Origin: a virus
Virus record (IMG/VR): IMGVR_UViG_3300047666_001143
Span: 1 to 64,000 of that record
Direction: 5' to 3' (one strand)
Length of the DNA: 64,000 bases
Below the pieces are notes generated by a model. That model was not told where the DNA came from. It worked only from the letters and a program-made list of their open reading frames with translations, and did no database searches. Every line of letters starts with the position of its first letter. Positions within the stretch are counted from its first letter, which is position 1. Shown piece after piece: positions 57,380 through 64,000 of the stretch. Position numbers and translations under genes: made by a program.

Positions 57380-59713
57380 TTATTGGTTTGTACTATTTTG
57401 TTTTGCCATTCTATTAGATAAATCTTTATTTGAACTTCCTTGTTTTCTTTTGAAGTTCTGTCCGTCGAAATAAACATCCTCATTACTAGCATTAGCTAAA
57501 TTTAAATTTTGTACATCCATAAATTTCTGTTTGTTTATAGATTGAAGTTGTGAGTAATAGTCATTCAAGTCCCTTTCTTGATTAGCTTGAGCTGTATAAA
57601 TTCTATTTTCGTAACCTTGGTTATAGTTATTGTTTTGATTTTGCTCTCTTTGTTGTATTTGAGCATTTGTGTACGTGGCTCTATCTTTACCTTGTAAATT
57701 TTGAGTATCTACTTTGTTTCTAATATCTGATTCTTGATTTTGTGAATTACCTCGCATATTTGCTAAAACTGCTGCTCTCACATTTGGACTGAGACCCTCA
57801 AGACTTTGTACTTGAGATTGCTCTCTATTTCTTATGTCTTGTAAGTAAGGATCAATTGCAATTTCATTGGCTGAAACTCTATCATATCTTGCAATAGGTT
57901 TTATAGTTCCTTGTAAAGAAGATGGAGGTAGAGGTTGCTCATCTGGAAATAAGTACATACCCATTCCATTATTGTTTCTCGGTGTATTAACTTGTATATT
58001 ATCATTACTGTCGTTGTTTTCAACAGGACTACCGTTGTTTTCAACAGGTGGTCTTCTAGCTTGTAAACTTGGGGTTGGATTATTTATATTTAAAGGCTGT
58101 ATTCCTGCGGGTGTTAATTGCTCAAACTGTAAACCCTCTGTGTAAAAGCGTTCATCTTGTGTTCCAGCCATTTTTTTAGTATTGTAACTTATAGCTTTAT
58201 TTTTAAAATCTTCAAAGTCAGAAAAACCAGCCTTATCTTCTTCTGATAAAGTGTCCCATTTTGCAGAGTAACTTATACCACTGCTTTGTCTGCTCTCAGA
58301 ACCAGGAGTACCTCTTTTTATAAACTGTCCATTTCCAGTAACTTCCCACTCTCCAGATTTAACTTTTTTCATGGCTTCTTCTCTCGTTACTTTCTTTCCT
58401 GTTTTTGGATCTGTATCTCCTATTTTTATACCATCTTGATATTTAGGTACTTCTTTCTTACCTCCGTATTTAAAGTTCTGAATTAGTTCTTTTGCTCTGT
58501 CAATGGATATCCCGTATTCCTCAGCTAAAGAACTTAATTTTCCACCATCTTCAAAAGAGTTATTTGTTTGTTTGTCTTTTGGTTTAGAGTCTTCTTGTAT
58601 ATTAAATAGTTCATCAAAAATGCCTTTCCTAGCTTCTTCAATTGGTTCTTTTCTTTGCTGTATTTCTTTTACTTTTTCAGATAAAACTTGTATGTTGAAA
58701 TCTCTTGTAGTGGTATCTTCTACTTTTTGTTGATCCCCTATTTTTTTCATCATACTTGCTTCCTCCTCTACTAGTTTGTCTAGTTTAGTTTTTTTCCTGA
58801 ATTTATCTAGGACGTCTGAGTATGTGTTTTTGGCTTTTAATTTTAAGTCGTATTTACTTGCCAAAGATTTAGCTTGTTGTGCTCCTAACTTTAATTTATC
58901 AGATAACACTCTGTCCTCGGCTTCCATATTTACTTTCTCTCCTCCTTGTGAGTGTTTGTTTCCCACAACTTCTGCTATATCTCCTTGGTTAGTTTGGAAG
59001 TATTCTCCATCTTCTATTTCAGCATTATAAACCCCTGTTTTCTCATTTTCCACGCCGCTCATATATTCACTAGTAATCATCTCTTCATCTTTCTTTCCTC
59101 CGTTAGCTAAATAATCTATTTTACCTCCGTTTTGCATGTACTGAGCTACATTTCTATCCTTTTTTAAATTTTTTAAAGCTTCTGACATTGTGTATTGTTC
59201 TCTATTGGCTTGGCCCATTCCAGACATAATATTTCTTCCTAAGCCTGCTGCAACTTTTATTCCTGCAACTGTGCCTCCTAAAGCATCTCCATTTTTTATA
59301 CTTTGTCCTAGATAATTCGCAGCAGATGGTAGGTCTACTCCTCCGTAAGGATTAGGCATATTATAGTTTCGATTGTTAGCCTCCTCACCTATTCCTAAGT
59401 CTTTATCTAGATCTCCCATTGATTCATCTAAATCAGCATCAGCTTCTTTTCCTGCTGCTTTTATAGGGTCATATAGGTTGTCCGCTGATGAGTCTTGACT
59501 TTTAAATTCTGCGGAATTCATAAATTCTTGGTTTTGCCTAGCTAAATCTATTTCGTCGCTATCCTCGTCTGTAAATACTCCTCCAGGAGAAAAATTATTG
59601 ATATCTTTATACCCACCATTCATAAACTTTTCAATGTTTATTTCAGTAGACTTACCAGATTTAGTATCTTTTATTTGTGTTTTTCCTTTGTATTTTACGA
59701 TTTTATATGCCAT
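57380..59713 (-). CDS. Putative internal virion protein with repeated (F/M/L)xxGG motifs
   Basis: AEIEDGE...GNKHSQGG block; FMNGG, FSPGG, MQNGG, LANGG, FEDGG, FKYGG. Confidence 0.65.
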   Translation of the reverse strand: MAYKIVKYKGKTQIKDTKSGKSTEINIEKFMNGGYKDINNFSPGGVFTDEDSDEIDLARQNQEFMNSAEFKSQDSSADNLYDPIKAAGKEADADLDESMGDLDKDLGIGEEANNRNYNMPNPYGGVDLPSAANYLGQSIKNGDALGGTVAGIKVAAGLGRNIMSGMGQANREQYTMSEALKNLKKDRNVAQYMQNGGKIDYLANGGKKDEEMITSEYMSGVENEKTGVYNAEIEDGEYFQTNQGDIAEVVGNKHSQGGEKVNMEAEDRVLSDKLKLGAQQAKSLASKYDLKLKAKNTYSDVLDKFRKKTKLDKLVEEEASMMKKIGDQQKVEDTTTRDFNIQVLSEKVKEIQQRKEPIEEARKGIFDELFNIQEDSKPKDKQTNNSFEDGGKLSSLAEEYGISIDRAKELIQNFKYGGKKEVPKYQDGIKIGDTDPKTGKKVTREEAMKKVKSGEWEVTGNGQFIKRGTPGSESRQSSGISYSAKWDTLSEEDKAGFSDFEDFKNKAISYNTKKMAGTQDERFYTEGLQFEQLTPAGIQPLNINNPTPSLQARRPPVENNGSPVENNDSNDNIQVNTPRNNNGMGMYLFPDEQPLPPSSLQGTIKPIARYDRVSANEIAIDPYLQDIRNREQSQVQSLEGLSPNVRAAVLANMRGNSQNQESDIRNKVDTQNLQGKDRATYTNAQIQQREQNQNNNYNQGYENRIYTAQANQERDLNDYYSQLQSINKQKFMDVQNLNLANASNEDVYFDGQNFKRKQGSSNKDLSNRMAKQNSTNQ

Positions 59714-59717
59714 TATG

Positions 59718-59767
59718 TTAAAATATTATTAAAAAAAATTTATATTTGTTATTTTATTGTATCTTTG
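59718..59767 (+). promoter_or_regulatory. Promoter for the counter-oriented membrane-protein gene
   Basis: TTAA at 59718 and 59729; TATCTTTG at 59760-59767. Confidence 0.6.
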
Positions 59768-59786
59768 CTTTATAAATAAATACCTT

Positions 59787-60116
59787 ATGAAATATTTAAA
59801 GATCTTTACTTTTTTGTTACTTATGTTGGTAATATCATTCTATATATGGAATCCTATTATAAAAAATACTCACCAATATTTGCCTGATGATGTACCTAAG
59901 CACTTAGTTCCAGAAATATTAAATGCTATAGACATGACGTTCGGTGTATGTGTTTATTTGATATATGAAACAGGTGAACTTTTGGGACTATCTTATAATG
60001 AAACTAATATTTGGATTTTTGTAATAATAATGCCTTTTTTAATATTGCTTTTATCTATTTATTGTATCTCTTTAAAAATTAAAATAAGAAAACTAACTCT
60101 TTGCTTTCCCAAGTAA
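59787..60116 (+). CDS. Membrane protein inserted antisense in the structural operon (moron-like)
   Basis: Two to three hydrophobic helices; own promoter; GLSYNETNIWIFV. Confidence 0.7.
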   Translation: MKYLKIFTFLLLMLVISFYIWNPIIKNTHQYLPDDVPKHLVPEILNAIDMTFGVCVYLIYETGELLGLSYNETNIWIFVIIMPFLILLLSIYCISLKIKIRKLTLCFPK

Positions 60117-62462
60117 GTCACTTTTTTTACCTAGGTTTATAAGTGCTGCGGTGGGTTTCCATTTTTCTCCTTTTTCTTTTGAGAGGAGTTGTTGTTTCCT
60201 TTGCTCATAAGATGCCTGTGCCCTTTTAATTTCGTAACGTATTTTTAGTTGTTCTTTTATAGGAGCACTCTCATATCTACTCATATCTATACTTTTGCTA
60301 TCTAACCTGTCATTATATACATCTTCTGGGCTTCTTCCGTCACTTATATTCCCTACATCATTAAAGTCATATACATCATATACATATACATTTCCATCTG
60401 GTCCTTCCATAATACTCGCTTGACCTAATGTTAATAACAAAGTTATTTCTTCTTTGTTATTGTAAAGTGATGATGGGTTTTCGTATACACTGGACATTAT
60501 ATCTGAGACTCCAGATCCTTTTAAGTCGGTACCTTCTCTTATATCATCATATCCAAAATAAGATTGTAGTTTCCCATCTTTAACAGCTAGTTTTTTCATC
60601 TTTTCTATTTCATTACTGCTAAAATTCTTTTCTGTTAAATTAGAACCCTCTCCTTTTAAGGATGAAAAACTCCTACTTATAGCGGGCTTAAACCTACTTT
60701 GAGTATCCTCCGAAATCATTTTTTTAAGATCATAAAAACTTTTTTCAGTATCTTTATCCCATATACCTGTTTCATTGCCAGGAGTATCTTTAAAATGTGT
60801 ATTCATTGTACGTTGGAACCCACTTACAAAATCCGATTTAATAGGTTCTTCTTTAAGGATTTCCTTTATACTGCTTGTTGTAAACCCAGACAAGGCAGCT
60901 ACTGTATTTTTACCTACTACTCCGTCTTTTTTTAATCCCTTATCCTTTTGGAATTGTTTAACGGCATCTCTTGTATCTTTTCCTATCTTACCATCTACTC
61001 CATATTTTCCTATATCATAACCTAATTCCTGTAATTTTGTTTGTATTTTCTTTGCTTCAACTTCATTAAATCCTTTTTCACTTTCTCTTTTATAGCTTAC
61101 GATTTTGTTTTGGTTGTCTATGTTAGAGATATTTAATTTTTCTTTTTTTGGTGTGTATAAAGAAGTGTTATTTTGTTGGAGCTCACTCTCTAAATTAGCT
61201 TTAAAGTTTACATCTTCTTTTGCAGTAATGCTGTTATATCTATCCTCTATAGCTTTATTTAATTCTTGCTCTTCTTTTTTTATTTCTAATAATGGATTTT
61301 CTTTTGATATCTTGTTTTCGTCTATTTTTATATTACCTAATATATTACTTGGTGGTACATATAAACTAGAAGAGGTTTGCAATGTGTCTTTTTCTAAATC
61401 CTTTTTTAGATTGTTTTTATCAGTTTTAGTGGTTAGACTTTTATAACTACCATATGTGTCCGTGGGTTTTACTTCTTTATTGGTATTTAAACTGTTCAAA
61501 TATTCAAATATACTAGCTTCCTCTTCTTTAGATACTTTTTCATTTTCACAAGGTGGTTGTCCTGGCCCTCCACAATTACTTTTTAAACTTCCTCCATCGG
61601 CAAAACCTTGTGTGTAAAATGAATCATCTCCTTGTTGTATGTAATTGTATAAATGTGATAAATCTTGTTGTTGTGGTTGGTAAGTACTTAAATCTTGTTG
61701 TGATTGTGTTTGTTGTTTAAATGCGTTCACAAAGTTATCTTCTTGTGTTTTTACATTTTTGCTTTTTTCTTCTTCTAATATTTTTCTTAAATCTTGTTCT
61801 GTTAATGGTTTTTCTTCTTCAACTTTTATTTCTGGTAGCGTGGCATAATTAGCAGGTACAAAAGTGTTGTCAACTTTTATTTCTGGTAGCGTGGCATAAT
61901 TAGCAGGTACAAAAGTGTTGTTAATTTTTCTCTCTGGATAGTCTACTCTGTATACCCCTTCTTCTGGTGTTTTTACTTCTTTTTTGTCTCTTTTTTTAAT
62001 ATCTGTTTTGTAGCCTACTTCATTGCCTAATTTTATTGCATGGCTAATTCTAGTATCATTATCTGCGTAATCTTTGTGTGGTCTCTCATAGTGTTGTGAG
62101 AAAGCTAAAGTTGCATCTTCGACAGTTTTAGATTGCTTTACTTTTCCCCATGCTCTTTTTTCTGTATTATTTAACTCCCAATCTATGAACTCTAACTGTC
62201 CTTTTAGTGTATTAAAATCGTCAGGTCTTATTTTTTTTAAATTATCTAACCTGTCACCTCTCCACTGTGCTACTCCATATGCAGTGTTATTATCCCCAAC
62301 AGCGTTTGGTCTGATATCCGTATAACTCTCTTTCATTAAATTCCCTACAATCCCTAAAGCTACCTGCGGCGTATATCCTTTTTCTTGTACAAAAAAGTTA
62401 TAAGCTATTTTTGCATTTTCTTTTGCACCTTTATCTCCTTCTATTAGTGTTCTTATCTTCAT
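60093..62462 (-). CDS. Virion-associated peptidoglycan hydrolase (phage tail lysozyme domain + PG-binding domain)
   Basis: GIVGNLMKES...AYGVAQW...QLEFI..EL...F...YERP; IQTKLQELGY...DGKIG..T..AVKQFQ...GL..DGVVG.NT. Confidence 0.85.
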   Translation of the reverse strand: MKIRTLIEGDKGAKENAKIAYNFFVQEKGYTPQVALGIVGNLMKESYTDIRPNAVGDNNTAYGVAQWRGDRLDNLKKIRPDDFNTLKGQLEFIDWELNNTEKRAWGKVKQSKTVEDATLAFSQHYERPHKDYADNDTRISHAIKLGNEVGYKTDIKKRDKKEVKTPEEGVYRVDYPERKINNTFVPANYATLPEIKVDNTFVPANYATLPEIKVEEEKPLTEQDLRKILEEEKSKNVKTQEDNFVNAFKQQTQSQQDLSTYQPQQQDLSHLYNYIQQGDDSFYTQGFADGGSLKSNCGGPGQPPCENEKVSKEEEASIFEYLNSLNTNKEVKPTDTYGSYKSLTTKTDKNNLKKDLEKDTLQTSSSLYVPPSNILGNIKIDENKISKENPLLEIKKEEQELNKAIEDRYNSITAKEDVNFKANLESELQQNNTSLYTPKKEKLNISNIDNQNKIVSYKRESEKGFNEVEAKKIQTKLQELGYDIGKYGVDGKIGKDTRDAVKQFQKDKGLKKDGVVGKNTVAALSGFTTSSIKEILKEEPIKSDFVSGFQRTMNTHFKDTPGNETGIWDKDTEKSFYDLKKMISEDTQSRFKPAISRSFSSLKGEGSNLTEKNFSSNEIEKMKKLAVKDGKLQSYFGYDDIREGTDLKGSGVSDIMSSVYENPSSLYNNKEEITLLLTLGQASIMEGPDGNVYVYDVYDFNDVGNISDGRSPEDVYNDRLDSKSIDMSRYESAPIKEQLKIRYEIKRAQASYEQRKQQLLSKEKGEKWKPTAALINLGKKSDLLGKAKS
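61819..61920. repeat. Tandem 2 x 51-bp in-frame duplication (17 aa)
   Basis: tcaacttttatttctggtagcgtggcataattagcaggtacaaaagtgttg occurs twice; protein NTFVPANYATLPEIKV x2. Confidence 0.95.
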
Positions 62463-63389
62463 TTAACTTTGGGGATTAATTGTCTGCTCTGCCCATCTAA
62501 AATCTAAATTATGATTAGTATCTCCATTTCTCTCTAATCTAACTGTAAAAAAGTTACCTTTTAATCTTTCCAGTGTTTTCTTGTTGTAAAAAGATGCAGC
62601 TTTACTGTTTATAGTCTTGCCTATTTGATTTTCATCCCACAACCATATCGGTTGGTTATTTCTATTACTAATTACACGGTTATAGAAATAGTTCATATTG
62701 TATCTGTAATTATCATAAGAAATTAAAACCTCTTGCGTGTTGTCTATTTTTGTTATTGGATATTTGGATAATTGAGACAAAGTACCATTATTTAAAATTG
62801 GTATTAGGTTTCCTGAATTTTCATAATTATTATAAATTGTCGCAGTTGTAAAAGGATTTTCCTCTATTGGTGCAAAGTCATACTCATTATGATATCTCCT
62901 TAGTTGTGCATTCCAGCTAACATCTTCCAATCGTTTGCTAAAATAATCATTTTTTACAGGATACTCAATTATATAAGGAAATTTTTGACCATAAAATACT
63001 CTGTACGATTTATCGGTTAATAAGTGGCTCCAAAGTCCTTCTCTATCATCATCAGAATTCATTCCACTTTGAAAATAATCTGAGTGATTTATATAGTAAT
63101 TAGGTGCATAACTCATATAACTTTCCCAACTACCTGTCTCTGGTTTGTAGGTTACAGTCCAAGAAACGTCTTTAAAATATAGAGGATTAGATACAGATAT
63201 ATCTGTATAACTATCATTGAGAGTAGTGTCAATAGTATCTACACAGTCACAAGATGTATCTCCAAACTCATCTACAATTGTTGTACATCCTGCTGGGCAT
63301 TCTACATTTAGTATTTCCGTAGTTTTTACGCAAGTAAAATCACCGTTATCTTCTACTAATATATAATCTTCTGGGCAATTACAATTCAT
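62463..63389 (-). CDS. Putative tail/stabilization protein (C-terminal part-like) with Cys-rich N-terminus
   Basis: SWTVTY......WESYMSY.P..Y block seen in podovirus tail stabilization proteins. Confidence 0.55.
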   Translation of the reverse strand: MNCNCPEDYILVEDNGDFTCVKTTEILNVECPAGCTTIVDEFGDTSCDCVDTIDTTLNDSYTDISVSNPLYFKDVSWTVTYKPETGSWESYMSYAPNYYINHSDYFQSGMNSDDDREGLWSHLLTDKSYRVFYGQKFPYIIEYPVKNDYFSKRLEDVSWNAQLRRYHNEYDFAPIEENPFTTATIYNNYENSGNLIPILNNGTLSQLSKYPITKIDNTQEVLISYDNYRYNMNYFYNRVISNRNNQPIWLWDENQIGKTINSKAASFYNKKTLERLKGNFFTVRLERNGDTNHNLDFRWAEQTINPQS

Positions 63390-63400
63390 TTATTTTATAT

Positions 63401-64000
63401 TTATACAGGGCATTCTAAGTCTAATATCTCCCAAGCCGTATTAGAAATACCTGCCACTATTATACTCATTTGTGTCGGTTCTGCTGTGGTTTTATTGAAA
63501 GTAAGCTTTATATTACCGTCTGATGCTAGAGAAGAAGATATAGGATAATTTGCAACTACTCCTATTTGATTCCCTACGCTTCCGTTAGATCTGTCTGTAC
63601 CTGAATAATCTGCTATATCAGCACTACTATAGTTTACAGCTATAGTACCATTAGGTTGAAATGTACTGCCATCATATAAAAACTTATTGAAAGATGTAAT
63701 ATTTTGAATTTCAGTAACGGAATTTTGAACACTGTCACCTACAAAAAGAGAATCAGCAACTATAGCTCCATTCCATACCAACTGTATCCTATCAGGTACT
63801 GAAAATGAATTAAATTCTACTGTTACTTGCCCTGTGTCAGATCCTACCGTAGCGTTAACTTCATAATATCCTTCTTGTCCATTTGCTGAAAGGCTTCCTC
63901 CACATGCTATTGCCACTAATTCAGCTGTTACAGGTACAATAATTAAGTCTCCTGTACAACCATCAATTTCGTTGTAAGGTGTAATAGTATAAGTCGCTGT
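63401..64000 (-). CDS. 5'-truncated structural protein with PKD/Ig-like beta domains
   Basis: Frame is open to the window edge (TATYTITP...GCTG..I.VPV), so the GTG at 63916 is probably internal. Confidence 0.65.
   Translation of the reverse strand, partial: TATYTITPYNEIDGCTGDLIIVPVTAELVAIACGGSLSANGQEGYYEVNATVGSDTGQVTVEFNSFSVPDRIQLVWNGAIVADSLFVGDSVQNSVTEIQNITSFNKFLYDGSTFQPNGTIAVNYSSADIADYSGTDRSNGSVGNQIGVVANYPISSSLASDGNIKLTFNKTTAEPTQMSIIVAGISNTAWEILDLECPV

Noticed and set aside
41503-61446. Numerous short + strand ORFs opposite the giant genes, and short - strand ORFs in 1-41 kb
   Set aside because: They are antisense shadows of long genes, with no Bacteroidota-type leaders or recognisable motifs (59787..60116 is the exception)
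1-64000. Alternative genetic code (stop-codon reassignment as in some crAss-like phages)
   Set aside because: Long genes translate uninterrupted with the standard code and no suppressor tRNA is seen

Overview
An AT-rich phage genome segment, most likely from a lytic, podovirus-like phage of Bacteroidota (Flavobacteriaceae-type host). Evidence for the host: genes lack Shine-Dalgarno motifs and have A-rich leaders, there are many TAnnTTTG -7 promoter boxes, and the nucleoid protein and class Id-like ribonucleotide reductase are Flavobacteria-like. Bases 1-41.3 kb (+ strand) hold early/middle genes: many small ORFs, a tRNA(CAU) inside a cluster of structured non-coding segments, nucleotide metabolism (nrdB, nrdA, thyX, dNMP kinase, 5'-nucleotidase, MazG-like), replication (family A DNA polymerase, DnaB-like helicase, PrimPol, RNase H, exonucleases) and probable host-takeover or counter-defence genes (Rnl2 RNA ligase, HD alarmone-hydrolase-like, DNA methyltransferase, T5 A1-like nuclease, J-domain, alpha-CTD-like). 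Bases 41.3-64 kb (- strand) hold very large virion/ejection and tail genes. The most striking observation is at two loci, 1-689 and about 17.0-18.27 kb. There, small genes are each built on two pairs of imperfect inverted repeats joined at AAC/GTT cores, and the GTT core lies inside the coding sequence. Both arrays end in an identical 66-bp sequence. This looks like an integron-like gene-cassette system with attC-like hairpins embedded in the genes and an attI-like terminal site. No integrase is visible in this window. All protein assignments come from motif recognition by eye; no database searches were run.
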